Notes: generated from the letters alone by a model not told the origin. A DNA stretch of 64,000 nt from Selaginella moellendorffii (GCF_000143415.4 NW_003314330.1:248001-312000); one strand, 5' to 3'. Positions 10,035 to 23,400 are shown, counted from the stretch's first letter. Translations and numbers: made by a program.

Positions 10035-13000
10035 TTGAAGGAGATTCGAGTGTTTGGATCTCCAGTCAAAATGCCAAAATACACTCCAGCCAAAGTGAAT
10101 GTGAAGCAAGAGTTAGTTGTTATCCTCTCGTCCTCTTTTAGTTCAAGTGGAGAAGTCATGCTAGTGTCGGCGCTGAATTCACCAGCTCCAGCTCTAGCTC
10201 CAACTTCAGCAATATTCAAAGTCATTAGCAATGCTTTCCAGTTTTCACACCTCTCAATCGATATGCACTTGTTTTTGTATAAGCTTGTTAGTGAGCTTCC
10301 ATCCTCTTACAATGGCAATATTTTCTTCGAACTACCACCTTTTGTTAGCAGCATAGATTCCAAACAGAAGGGGATGGAAACCAAGCAAGATGTCCACAAT
10401 TGGTGCAAGATCAAGACCACACACTTCCAACATTTTGAAAGCACAGTGTCTATAGATTATTGTGGTGAGCATTTAGATTGTGTGGATGAAACATGCAATC
10501 AAGACTGTTGTAGAAACTCTATATTTTTCAAAGGGTCTACAATCAATCCTCTAGCCTGTGACACCATTGCTGCTAGATTCAAGTGTCGATTCTGCAAAAA
10601 TGCTCCTCTATATCGTGCTATCTGCAAAGCCAAGATGTACTACTTTCTTCCACGGAATGGAGTGGTTAGAAGAGTTGCAGTGCATGTTGGCACACACATG
10701 CATCCAATGCAGGAAGGGATACAAAAGAGTTCTCTTAACCATTTCAAAGATGCTGTGTAGGAAGAGACTATGAGAAACTCATCTGCAACTCTGAAACATA
10801 TTCAGAAAACCGTCCTCAAGGATTTTATTGCAAACACCTTACTCAATCCAGGTTGCTAAAAGACTCAACTAAACGAGGCTAGCTTGTAGGACTTACTACG
10901 AGGAGTACAACCTGCAACTAGCCTAAGGAGGTACATCTGTTATATTTCATATGTTATAATAATAATTTTTTCATACATTATATTGTTTAGGATAAAATCT
11001 TGGATGTGTGAATCTCGAGAGGGGAAGTTGCAATCAAAAATTGATTCCATCCTTGAATTGAAACAGACCTGTCCATATGAGTTCATCCACAAAAGTTTGT
11101 TTCCAGACCAAGTTGTGAATGAGTAAAAGCACCCCTTCGTCTTCAAAATGTCTACCATGGGCCCTGCCTTTGGTGTAGATCTTGTCTCCCGAATGGACAT
11201 GTTTGGGTCCAGTGACCTTGCAAATGCATGGGTACATTTTGACCATATGGAGCGCATATCAGGTTGGACAACCATAGGAGCTTATGTGTGATCCAAGGTA
11301 ATTTTTATTTTTATTATATTGAAATTGTTGTAATATTTGTGTTTTCATAGGCTACATTGTAACTTAACAATTGCGATAGTAGAGTTTAAAGTACAAGACC
11401 AGACAACATAGGAAATATTTTGGAAGTCTCTCTTTGATATTGTCCTAAAGTGGACTAGTAAACTTGCAAACTTTTGTAGTTTCATGGCAGATGGGGCTGG
11501 TGCAAACTAGAATAGTGTCCGAACAGTTTTTGGGAATGGTCAGCCATTGGAAGGTCGTGAGAGGACTTGTGAGTTCCATTGGGCTCAAAGCCTAAATCAG
11601 CACTGCCACCTTATCAAGCCAAAGTTTCAATCAATATTTAAGGAGTTGTGCAAACAATGGCAAGTTGCACCTTCTGAAGAAGAGCATGAGGCAAAAGCAA
11701 ATGAGATCCAAATGTGGTGGCGTGAAGATGGCCATACAAGCATAAGTTGCCTACCACAACTTGAATCATGGTTAGGGTGGTGGGAAGTTAGAATGTTCTA
11801 ATGGGGACATCACTCTTTTCAGGTTGGTTTCTATTTTTTCTTCTCCTTTTATTACTTCTTAATATTGCCTTTTCCATTAGGATCAATTACTTGAGGACCT
11901 TGCATACACCCCAACTGTGAATCTCTCTAAAAGTAAGCACTGGAGTTGGCGTTCCTCTGAGGCAAGGAAAGGGAAAATGAGTCTATATGAAGCTTGTCTA
12001 TCAGATTTGATACGTGCCATAGAGCAATCTTCAAAGGCACTGGCATTCGAGGAAGGAAGATACATGGGAACAGGGCCTTCTATTGAAATGTTACATGATA
12101 GGATGAAGAAAAAATTAACTCCACCCGCCCAAACAGTGGCAACTACAGTTGAGGAAGTGGTCCGTGGCACATCTATGGAGTACACTCCCCGAGCTTCTAT
12201 TGGTGATATGAAGACTGTCCACTCAAAGCGTCGTTTTTCTTTTGTTGGGAAAGATGTTGGTACGGACATTGGAGCGAAAAGCTCTTATAGGCCTGATGTC
12301 GAGTACCATTCTACTCCAAGACACCACTCTCGGATTGAGCCACCTCAAGTGGCTGATGAGGATAGTGCATTGCAATAGGTTAAAATTGCTTACCGTAGCA
12401 TAGAGCCGAAGCAATGGGCAATCCGATGCGTGCTAGCAAAATCGAATGTAAAGTGTGTGGGGATGCATCCGAGGGGCAAGTGTTGGGTCTAGATTCGTGG
12501 TGACAAATCTGCTTTTGTTCTAACCCCATGTTTCTATGGGGAACAAAAGCAAGTAGGATTTTTGAGATGGTGCTGGCTATATTGTTGCAACACCGACGCC
12601 AACCATACGAAGCAGCTTGAAGACACTATAGTGATTAAACCTGATGCAGTACCTAAAGAATGGCCAGTTGCTAATGGGGTCACACTCACCTAGGATGAGA
12701 TTGAAAACCTTGAGAAATCTACTTTTAATCTTGAGAGGAGAGTTGGAGACATGAGTGATAGAACCAGGACTATTCCTACAGAGATGCACAGGAGGCCAGC
12801 ACGAAAAGGTAAGGCAGTTAAATTTATTGGTACCATTTCCCAACAGAAGCAAGGTAAAATAAACTTGGCTCAAACACTTGAGTGTAAGATTCTTTCCACG
12901 AAGTACATCACTGCGCTTGCAAAGGAGTACATAGTCAAAACAGAAGGTGGAGAGTACACAATTGCCATTCATGACTTTCCTTCTTGCACATGTCTAGACT

Positions 13001-13158
13001 TTACGAAGCGCGAGGAATATGGGAAGGCATATGCTCCTTGCAAGTATATGTACTACATCTTCATCAACATTTTGCACCAGGATCCTAAAGTGGATATTCA
13101 TATATACCAAACAAGCCTTACTATTGCTGAGTTGCAGAAAACTTTTGGAGCTAACTAA
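10035..13158 (+). pseudogene. Mutator-like (MULE) DDE transposase pseudogene with N-terminal WRKY/GCM-type Zn finger and C-terminal SWIM finger
   Basis: CKAKMY...HVGTHMHP; WVHFDH (11229); FMADGAGAN* (11481); CEFHWAQS (11568, MULE CxxH motif); CTCLDF...PCKY (SWIM with H>Y). Short introns and multiple stops. Confidence 0.75.
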
Positions 13159-14179
13159 ATTTCTCCATGTTTATTCTCTATCAATAAAACTTATTATACT
13201 TTATATAATTAATAAAAATGTGTTTTTTCATATCACTTTTCATTTTATATGCTTTTGAGTGTTCTTTTCGCAATACTACCCAAAGTACTCATATGTCTCT
13301 ATTTATGTCTTTACTATCTCAAAAAAGATTTCATGGTAGTCTTTCGGTGCGTGATGTTGTAGTGTATCGCGAGAGCATATATACCATCATATTGATCATG
13401 CCATTGTTTCCACTAGACACTAGAAAATATATGGGGCATTTCTTGAAAGTGGCAAAATTACACTCAATCAATAAAAGGGCATTCTTTTTCACCCAATTTG
13501 TTACACCCTCTGTTATTACATTTATTTTCAACTCATGATCACTATCCTCTCTTTTATTCTCTTGTGTGGTTTGGTTATGTTGTGCAATGGGATAGTTATT
13601 GCATCTCCTAGCCCTTAAACCCTGGGAAGAAAGATTGTGAGAGTTAAAATTACCAACACTAAAACCCATAGACATTTGTGTGTATTTCCCTTTTTTCAAA
13701 TGAGAGTGTGAATGAAGATTTCTAAATTCTAGACAATATGCTATGACAAATCCCTAAAAAATGCATTCTAAAAAGAACTAAGTCTTTCTTATATATGCAA
13801 TAAGTTTACATCAATGGTTATTTTTTTTCCTTTCAAACGGTTATATGGCTTTACATAGAATCTTATTTCAAATTTAATAATTTTTTAATTCTGACAAACC
13901 TGACATTTACTAGCTAGAAAGCATAGAGTACAAATTTAAAGAAGTGACAAGAATACTCTTTTTGCAAACATTTTATTTTATGTTCTAACAAATGTCCCTA
14001 TCATTACATGTAGTAAATATTTAAATTATTAGAACAAGAAGTGCCCTTTAGAAAATTTTTATCTATATAATATATAGAGAGTTATGAAATTATTAGGTTC
14101 ACCATAATCTTAAAAATTTAAAGTTTATAATGTTTATACTAAATTACAATTGAAAATTGAGCTCAACTCTTCAACTCGT

Positions 14180-17100
14180 GAGCTCAAGTATGGTTTGTAC
14201 CTGCGCATTTTATCTCTCTCCCCTTAAGCCAATTGGAAAAGGGGCAATTGCTTAATGAGAGAGCCCTTAGTGGCTATTTTATCCTTATTTATCCCCTAAG
14301 GTTTTAAGGATCCATTATCCAAATCTCATCCCATAATCACATGTGTTACACATATGTAGAGATGAAAATGATGGTCCAAATGGCTATATAAAACTTCACA
14401 TTCGTTCCTTAGATATGGATTTTGGTTACCTTTTTATATCGTATTATATGAGTTTGTGCTTGGGCTCGTGAATGAGGCACATTAGCAATACAAGGTTACA
14501 CTTTGAGTTGGCAAGATGGATTTGAGGTATACCATTTTGCACGAGTTTGCACTTGGGCTCATAAGTGAGGCACATTAGCAACTCAATGTTACATTTTGAG
14601 TTGGCATGATTAATATTAACCTATCAGTGGTTCTATAAGTTGTTCCATGTACCATGGGTAAAAAAGTAAACCTTCTATGGGTTTGCTATGAGTGGCAAAT
14701 AGGTTGATCTATAACTATTTAGCATTGTCATGCTTTCTTATAAACTTTTCTTGGATTGGACTGAAGGCAGTGTGAAAATAAGCTTAAGATTTGGTCAAAG
14801 ATAAAACTAAAAAGAAAGTCCTTTAGAACGAAGGATCAAACACGTAAATCATTTTCTCTTCTTGGAGAGATAATTTGTAATGAGGTGTTAATTCATTACT
14901 CATACTCATGTCATGCAATCAAGAATCCCTACCTTGATGCATATTGGTTATGGTGGTTTTACAAGTGGTGAGTTATGGGATGCATAGTGGTGAAACGCTA
15001 AACCATTTTATCTAGGCTTGGTATTAAAGACTTAGGTTACAATGCTTAATTCTTTTCCGGGGAACCTTGTTATTGCATCTTGAGTAACTTAGTGTTGGAT
15101 TAAATTTTGAGTTTGGTTAGAAAAAGAGTGACATGAGCTAATTTGTGTTGTGAAGAAAAATTGGTGATATTAGGTGTTATAAATCTTTATCGGTGGAGTG
15201 TGGTATTTATGTTGCATTTTGTTAAATAGAGTTGGCATTTGATACCTACATAAACTTTTGAAGTAATAATGTGGGCTTGCTCATTGTGTTGTTTGATTAA
15301 TGATTAAGTCATTGTGATTTTATATCATATGTGTTTATGAAGTTGTTTGGTTAAAGATGATCAACCCCAAAGTGGTTGATAGTGAAGCTAGTCTATTTGC
15401 ACGTAGTAGTATTGTAGTAACTTTGACTAAATCCTCAATAGTGATTTATGATATGCTAAATTTATGTTAGTACCTTGGTTTTTGAAGGGTTGCCCATTGA
15501 GGTGTTAGTAATAGTTATAACATTCATTTGCTATAGCTTGTTAGTTTATTTGTTAGCATTTGGAATAGAATGTTAGATAGAGAAGGTGTGTAGTTGAAGC
15601 ATTGACATCACTAGCACTTGTGTTAATGGAAGTGGTTTTGTTATTTCAAGTGATGAAAAATTTTCCCTAGAGCTTTATTTTCCATGCTATTTTTTTGTTA
15701 GTGTTTTAGCTTCACATTAAATTTTGAAGGTGGTTGAAGAAGAGTGTTAATGCAATGTGGATATCCAAAGATATAGTCTTCATGATCAAGCTTTGAATGT
15801 TCATTTTACATTTTGTGAATGTCAAGGTTAAATGCTGGAAATATTGATAGGATATTTGATGGTTAAGCATATTATTGGGTCATGAGAATTGGTGTTGAGA
15901 TGAACCTATACAAAGTTGTTAGTAGGAGGAAGTTAGTTGAGTCTTGAAAGTTTGCATTCCTAGATTGATAGTTATTCTTTCTCTAGGATGGAAAATTTTC
16001 CATAAATTTTCTTAGGTTTTTCCAATGGCTAATGTATTGATCATTTTGCCCAAAAACCATTTCATTTTTGAAGGCTAATACAAACTAATGAAAAGGTTAG
16101 AGTTGACTTCAGTTGATGTATATCTTAATAGGTAATTTATATGATGTAGCTCAAAAGGGATGTTGACTTTTGGGGCTAAGGCAATTGAGTTAGATAGCAT
16201 TTAGAGTTAGTGTAAAAAAATGGCTATTGCACTTTTTTTAGGAATGTGACTTTTGTGCTTTTCTTTTGTAGCATTACAAATTGCATCTTGCATTTTGTTA
16301 TATTCTATGAGATTAGTGAGGTCTTACTAATTCTAACTTAGTCTTGGTAACCCTGTGCCTTGGCTAAGGATGGTGGTGTCCAACTTAGTTGTTTGAGGTT
16401 GAAATGTTATACCTGTACTATAGCTTTGTCTATAAAGAGGTTGTGTACTAATATGAGTTTATCTCATGCTTTTCACTTTAGTTTCGATTGAGTGTTAATC
16501 ATGTATAACTAGCATCTTCAAGGCATGCTCAGAGCTATTGGGTAAAAGCATTAGTGAGCTTATTGCTATGGAGTTAGATTTGAGTGGTCATTTAATTTGT
16601 GCTTATCCATGAAGTTTTATCTCATACCTAAGGTATTATGTTTATGTTGGACAAATATATGACTCAATAGCATGAGTTTAGTGTTTGGGTCTTGTGAAAG
16701 GCAAGTTGAAGAGTGATTATTGGTTACTTTGCAACTAGTGATTACTTGTAAACTTTGGAAAAAACTGTTAACATTTGCTTTGCTCGATGAAGATTTATCA
16801 GTGATAGGCTTACTTTATAGAATGGTGTTGTAAAGGATCATGTTGTTAAACTTACATGGTTTTTCTATGTTGGCATGTTAACACTACTTTTGTCAATATC
16901 ATTTGGTTGCATTTAATTCGTGGTGTTAGATTTCATTGAGTCTTGGACGTGGTGAATCACTCCTTGATGATGTGTTATATAAAACTGAGTATTATTGAGG
17001 GATTGGTCTCAGATACTAATTAAGGTATCTTTGACTTTGGTTAGCTTAGTTGCTAAAGAGTTTTGAATGGTGATTCACTCTTATTTTTTAGTAGCTTTGT

Positions 17101-18950
17101 TCTGGTGTTGATAGCATTAAATAAATGCTTTGTCATTGACATTGTTGGTGTTAAGACTTGAATGAAATGATATGTCTCTCCATAAGATTAATATTGAGTT
17201 TCATTAGTCTTGATATAGATAGTGTTGATGATTTGGCTATAGCTTTATATTATTGGCATTTGTGCAATTGCTGTTAGTAACTGTATTGGTGTCCAAATGA
17301 ACTAAATAATAAGTTGAGTTAGTTGTGTTCTAGACAAAATTGTTTAATAAAGGTTGAGCTTTAGATTTTTCTTAAAAAGTGATTTGGTCATGGGTTACAT
17401 TAGTTTTATGAGAGAAAGAGTTAGTGATTGATATTGGAATGTTTAAATCCTTATTAAATTTGAGTTAGAATATATCAATCATTGATAATTCTTTTTGTGC
17501 TTGTTATAAAGTGAGTTATGTCTTGCTATAAATGGATTCATAGAGGATTGTTTGGTGATTACTTATTGAGCATAACTTTAATATACTTGGCTTTTATATT
17601 GATGCAGACATACTCTTTATTAGCTTTAGCATTATGAAGTTTGGCTTATGGATGTATTGAGAAGGATATAATGGGTTATACCATGATTTTTTTTTTAGCA
17701 TTGAAGTTAGTTCATATGAGACTTATGATCATTATTAAGCATGATTTGGCTATGGGCTTCTTTGAGCTTTTGGTTGTTTGAGTTTTTATATTTATTATTC
17801 TATTTGTTAGAAGTTATTGGGGAAGGCATTTTGGCTCATAGTTTCAGATGTTGAAGTTAGTATTTACATTTGGAAATCATTAGTGATGATTGACTTTAGG
17901 ATAGTTGATTATCCTTATCAAAGATTTTGCTAAATTATTATTGGTTTTGAATAATTTGCCATTCTTCATTATGGTAGATTGTTTCTTCAACAATGATTAT
18001 CATTTTTCTATTGATTGGATGATTAATGTTCTTTCATGATAGTTAGTTGTTTTCTTTGATAGTTTATGGGTTTTTCCATTACCATATGTTCTTTATAGTT
18101 TGCTTTAGATTGATCTTTTAGGTTTGGGACATTAGTAGGATGTTGTCGATAATTGCTTAAACAACTTAAGTTCCTTCGTATTGTTGATTGAGATCTATTC
18201 AAACTAGCTGGTGCAATAATTAGCATGAATGAGTGTTTGTTAATCTTGCCATATTTATTTTGTTCTGTTGATTATTGCTTAAATTAGTTTTGATAGATTA
18301 AAATGTTATTTCCTTCGGGTGATACATTTGCGAGGATTTTGCTTATCTATTAATAATACTTTGTATTCTTTGAGCTGTTTTTCGTAAGTTATTTAGCATA
18401 CTATCTGCAATCTTTAATAGTTGAGTTTTATCATTAAGTTTTTTTTATGATCTACTTACTATTTAATTTTTTTGGATAGTTAATCTTATAACCTTACCCT
18501 TTAAAGCTCTTGGTGGTTCCTATACTCTAATATTAGTTTATCAGATGATAACTCATTTAGATTACTTTTGTATTCTAATCTAAGATTGATTCATTGATAA
18601 TTAAGTTTCTCATATATCATTGTGTATGACTTTAATATTGTTCAATTATTGATCTTTGAGTTTGGGCTAGTATATGCAAACTAGTTTTAGCACTTTGTAT
18701 GCATAGTGAAATATTTAGTCATGGGGTAGCTACTGTTAATTAGTCACATCACCCACCTCTCTGTCGATATTCCTTATTTCATTAAAAGGGTGTGATAAGG
18801 TAAACAACTTTAATTGCTTATTTATAGTAGTCTATCTAAACCTTATTGACAGGTTTAGTTTCTTTGCTCATAAGGGCTAAGGCCTCTAGCTTCTCTCTCC
18901 CATGCTAACTAATCACCCCAATCCCAAAAGTTAGTCTCTAGGACAATCAT
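14180..18950 (+). mobile_element. Highly eroded retroelement relic (probably Ty3/gypsy)
   Basis: Long C-poor, G/T-rich stretch without ORFs; faint RT-like traces in order (LDLSG at about 16575, then GL near 16685); purine tract followed by TGTT at about 18722; 93-bp-period duplicated unit at 14450/14543. Confidence 0.4.
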
Positions 18951-19499
18951 GAAAACTTACTAAATATAGAATGGCATTAGATTGTAAATTTGGAAATAGA
19001 AATAACAACATCATATTCAAGACAAGCTCTACATTCCGTAAATATGCCTAACTTGTAAATTGACACTTTCTATAAATAGCCATTAGGATTGAACAAGACT
19101 AATACATGGGGCATAATAATGAGAGTGTCTTGGCGGACACAATAATCTATCATTTAACAAATATTAAAGGACCAAATTCAATATTACAAGAGTTCTCAAC
19201 ATTAACAAGTGCAAGTCAATGAATGAGTTTTTCTGACCATGTCAAGTATGCTTGACTAATAGTACTTACGAATTCTGTCCTTATGCTTTTTTGATCAAAT
19301 GCATATGCAAAGACTAGTTTCTCAACTAACTTAGGTAGAGACTGAAAAAGAGTCTAATAATATCAACCTCCTACGATCATGGTAGTAAAAAAAAATATCT
19401 GAAGGGACTACTTGGCAAGTAATTTTCAATACCTACAGTCATATTTACAATATAATAGTACACCTCATCCCCAAAATTCTCATGGAATAAATTCAGTTG

Positions 19500-19830
19500 G
19501 ATGAAAAGATTAGTAGTAAAAGCAAAAAAAGTTGCACCATATATCATAAATACCACTATCAATTGTATTTAATTGTTCAACTACAATCACATTATATCAA
19601 GCAATTGCACCAATTGCTATTCCAGGTCAAAGGAGGAGGTTTTTGCAAAGGAGTATACTACTTTACCATGAAGATGAATGAAAAGAGGTCTAAACAAAAA
19701 ATATAAATCCAAGCACTCTTTAAAGACAACTAAAATTGCTCCTCATTTCTAACAATGCAAGTGCATATAATATAAAAATGTGTATATTTTATAAGCCCTA
19801 AAACCCTAACTTGTGGTCTAAATTGAAATC
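19500..19830 (+). repeat. Dispersed AT-rich repeat; inverted homolog at about 35580-35945
   Basis: CATAAATACCACTATCAATTGTATTTAATTGTTCAA, AAATCCAAGCACT and TATAAAAATGTG match the reverse complement of 35580-35945 with substitutions. Confidence 0.7.
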
Positions 19831-20166
19831 AATTTAATAGTTACCAAAAATAATGGTATATAGCATTGGAGCTATACACCTAGACATCACAGATGCTTTT
19901 AAATATTATAGATGCCATTTAATTCATGTATATATAAACTTAATAACATATGTAAATAATGGTTCCTATGTATCATAAGAAATAATCATAGAATAAATTC
20001 CAAAACTATAATAGTGTTGTTGTAGATAGTTAATAAAAACAAGTTCTTAAACTAAGAAAAAGTTATTACAAAAAGTAGAATGCAAAAGAGAAACATATCT
20101 TTATTAAAGAATTTTTTTTCTGTATATAACAGTTAAAATTATTTCTCTAAATTCAGAATATAAGAA

Positions 20167-21072
20167 ATGGTTGAATTACATTATTATTTTTATTTCTGTT
20201 TTTCTTTATTTAAAATGTCTATTTCTATGAAATTTAGTTATGCTGGTAGATATAAAATGACAAATGAGAGTGCTAAATTAGTTTTAGAAGCTATGGATTT
20301 AATGATTGATGGTATTTCTTCTGAAGAATTACCAAAAGGTCAATGCATGGAATTTGAATTTACAATTCAAGACGATATGCAAGGAAATATGACATGTGTA
20401 AATCAATTATGGGTTTATAGTTCTAATGGAAAAATGATTGATACAACTTGCAGTACAAATCTTAATGAATATGAACAAGACCACGGAAATAATATGAGGC
20501 TACAATTTAATAACTTATTACAAACATATCGTACTAATATTCAAAATTTACGTCCATTATACTTTAGATTAGTATCTGGTTTATATGCTATTGAGTTCAT
20601 AGAAAAATATATATATGGTAGAGGAACTCGTAGCATTAACAGCTACACTCTAAATAGTTTATATGATTGTAAAATTTATCAAACTATATTAATTAGTAAT
20701 ATGCCTTTTAATTCATTGAAGGCCTATCAGTTTTTAATATCTCCAAATAGAAAAGCCCATTTATATTTACATATTAACTGCATGTTGGTGTTATATATTA
20801 AGACTTCTATAAGATGGTATAAAGGATCAGATTATTTTAAAAACTGTGAATTTAAAATACAGATGGATGGAAATATTGTGTTATATTCTAAAAATAAAGA
20901 TATAATATGGTCCCCAAATATTTATTGCAAAACTAAAGACTGTGAACTTAAAACATTTCTTTCACTTCAAAATGATTGCAATTTAGTATTATATGAATCC
21001 CATCAAAAAACATTTTTAAAACATCCTATATCAAGAGCATTATGGGCTTCAAATACAAGCCCATGTGAATAA
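20167..21072 (+). CDS. Putative secreted protein with C-terminal bulb-type (GNA-like) mannose-binding lectin domain
   Basis: Hydrophobic N-terminus; QMDGNIVLY and QNDCNLVLY match QxDxNxVxY; ends ALWASNT. A short in-frame intron is possible at about 20499-20567. Confidence 0.7.
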   Translation: MVELHYYFYFCFSLFKMSISMKFSYAGRYKMTNESAKLVLEAMDLMIDGISSEELPKGQCMEFEFTIQDDMQGNMTCVNQLWVYSSNGKMIDTTCSTNLNEYEQDHGNNMRLQFNNLLQTYRTNIQNLRPLYFRLVSGLYAIEFIEKYIYGRGTRSINSYTLNSLYDCKIYQTILISNMPFNSLKAYQFLISPNRKAHLYLHINCMLVLYIKTSIRWYKGSDYFKNCEFKIQMDGNIVLYSKNKDIIWSPNIYCKTKDCELKTFLSLQNDCNLVLYESHQKTFLKHPISRALWASNTSPCE

Positions 21073-21117
21073 GTGACATGTAAACTTTTTTTTTAAAGTA
21101 AGGCAATAAAGAAACTA

Positions 21118-21930
21118 CTAGATTGAACTGATCGAGAAAAACTGCTGGAGCACTGGAACACGGAGCTGCTTAAGTTGCTCCAGAGTTCCCGTGTCCACCA
21201 CAGATCCATCACAGAGAAAAGTGGCTACGTCAACAATGCGCTCTATCTGCTGCATGTTGTGAGAGACTAGAACCACGGTCATACCATCCCTCCGGAGCTC
21301 CATCACGGTTTTCTCCACGAGATTGGTCGAGAGTGGATCTAAAGCACTGGTTGGCTCGTCTAGCAGTAGAACCTCGGGCTCGTTTGCCAGAGTCCGAGCT
21401 AGCGAGACACGCTGAGCCTCGCCACCAGAGAGCTCCTTCTCGGACTTTGATGCAAACCTTTTGCTTGGATCAGCGATGCCCGCTCGCACGAGAAGCTCCT
21501 CGATTCTTTCGTCAGAGAGATGGACTCCTCGAAGAAGCGGGCCATATCTCACATTGTCAGCGACGCTTCCTACGAAACCAAAAAGAAGAAAGATAAAAGG
21601 AATGATTGGAGAGAAGAAGAGAAAAGTGACGATCTTACCAGGGAACAAGCACGCAGCCTGGAACACCATTCCAACTCGACGTCTCAGTCCTATAACTTCG
21701 AGCTGTGTGATGTCCGCTCCATCCAAGAAAATCGCTCGAGCAGGAGGCTCCCATAGCCGATTCAATGCTCGCAACACTGTCGATTTGCCACTTCCAGAAG
21801 GGCCAATGAGGCCATGAATTGTTCCAGCTTTGATTTCCAGATTGATCCCAGACAGTAGCGTCGCGCCATTCGACGCCAGCCTGCGTAGATTGTCGACACG
21901 GATCTTAATCACAGTAGCTGCTGCGTCCTG
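21118..21930 (-). CDS. ABCI17: ABC transporter I family ATPase subunit, ABCI17/NAP3/STAR1-like
   Basis: GPSGSGKST Walker A, LSGGEAQR signature, LLLDEPTSALD Walker B; ALNRLWEPP and VADNVRYGP typical of STAR1; one in-frame intron; true start uncertain. Confidence 0.85.
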   Translation of the reverse strand, partial: QDAAATVIKIRVDNLRRLASNGATLLSGINLEIKAGTIHGLIGPSGSGKSTVLRALNRLWEPPARAIFLDGADITQLEVIGLRRRVGMVFQAACLFPGKIVTFLFFSPIIPFIFLLFGFVGSVADNVRYGPLLRGVHLSDERIEELLVRAGIADPSKRFASKSEKELSGGEAQRVSLARTLANEPEVLLLDEPTSALDPLSTNLVEKTVMELRRDGMTVVLVSHNMQQIERIVDVATFLCDGSVVDTGTLEQLKQLRVPVLQQFFSISSI

Positions 21931-22284
21931 CTCTGCGAAATCTGAGAGTAGATATGAGGCGTTAGATCGATCGCAAGGAACTTACACGAGCATCAGCAGC
22001 TCCAGTGGCCTGGGCTGCGCAATAATTTGACAGTTTCCCCGCTGGAGGAGGCCACCATTGCGCTGTGGCGAGGCATCCCCCCAGCATTCTTGCGATAGCC
22101 AGGAGCCCTAGCATGGCAGCCGTCCACTTGAACGCATCTCTCCCGCTCATTTCACATTAAGCGCGGATCAATCCAGGCCGTTGAATAAACAGTTTAAACG
22201 GACGGCCGGATCGGAATGTTCTAGACGACTAGGCTTCCTCATTTCCATTCTTTCGTTCTATCGAGCTTCGATTTGGAGCTAGCT

Positions 22285-23100
22285 ATGGCGCCTCTCAAAG
22301 CGGTGGCTGTTCTTGCCGGGACTGGCGTGTCTGGAGTCGTGAGCTTCGTCGAGGACGGCGAAGGTGAGAGCAATTTCGGCGGAAAAGCCCTATTGATCTG
22401 CGAGTTTTGCAGGTACTACGGTGTCTGGAAAGATCACGGGCTTGGTTGCGGGCGAGCACGGCTTCCACGTCCACGCATTGGGCGATACCACGAACGGATG
22501 TTTGTCCACAGGTAGGGGTCGATAGCTGGGGAAAGATTTGAGCTTTGAGCTGAAAAAGCTTGTGATTTCTTGTCTAGGCGCTCATTTCAACCCAAATAAT
22601 CTGGAGCATGGGGATCCAAGCGATAAAATCCGGCACGCTGGCGATCTAGGGAATGTGACCGCAGGCCCCGATGGTAAGTTTCGTCCACTGTAGAGAGCTT
22701 TGATTCTGATTTTCTTCTTTTCAGGAGTTGCGGAGTTCGTCATCAAGGACAAGCAGGTACCTTATGCTTTTCATTTTTCCTTCACGAACTTCTCCTCCTT
22801 TTTCTGTTCGTTCTCGTGTTTTAGATTCCTCTAGCTGGGGCAAACTCGATTGTGGGCCGAGCCGTCGTCGTTCATGCGGATCGTGATGATCTTGGCAAAG
22901 GTTCTTTGATTTTGGTTTTCCACTGTTGGTCTTGATTGTTACCTTCTCGGAGTTTTCAGGTGGACACGAGCTGAGCAAGTCGACGGGAAACGCTGGTGGA
23001 CGTCTTGCTTGCGGTAAGCTTTTGTATACTTTGATAGAGTATCTCGCTTAAACTTCTTTCAACTCCCACAGGAGTGATCGGACTCCAGGCATCTGCCTGA
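22285..23100 (+). CDS. CSD: Cu/Zn superoxide dismutase, no transit peptide, multi-exon
   Basis: [69 protein letters not shown] across short GT-AG introns. Confidence 0.96.
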
Positions 23101-23119
23101 ACGCGAGCGACTTCCCGAT

Positions 23120-23400
23120 CAATACTTCTACTCATATATAAAGAGTTTTTCTGACGAAAGAATAAGTGATTATTTTTTTTCTTTACAGTTCGAATGTGGT
23201 GATTGCTTGTACCTGGTCACTGGGGTATTCCAGGAGCGCTGAAGACCTCTCCGGTTTTGTTCGTCACAGGATTTATAGTTGGTTTCCATTCTAAGAATGC
23301 TTTTCCATGCTAAGAATGCTGTTGCTAAGCATTTGCTAAGAATGTAAGAACAATTGCTGAAGAACAATCCCAACATGGAGTGTTGCTAGAGGCTTGGTTT
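23120..23400 (-). pseudogene. Degenerate duplicate of the DEG protease last exon and 3' UTR (compare 25400-25700)
   Basis: CTACTCATATATAAAGA...CGAAAGAATAAGTGATTA...TTTACAGTT.GAATGTG.TGA and AAGACCTCTCCG...TTGGTTTCCA are shared with 25403-25690. Confidence 0.75.

Noticed and set aside
13160-14180. Search for a terminal inverted repeat of the MULE-like element
   Set aside because: No convincing match to sequence in 1-570; the other end may be outside the window or eroded.
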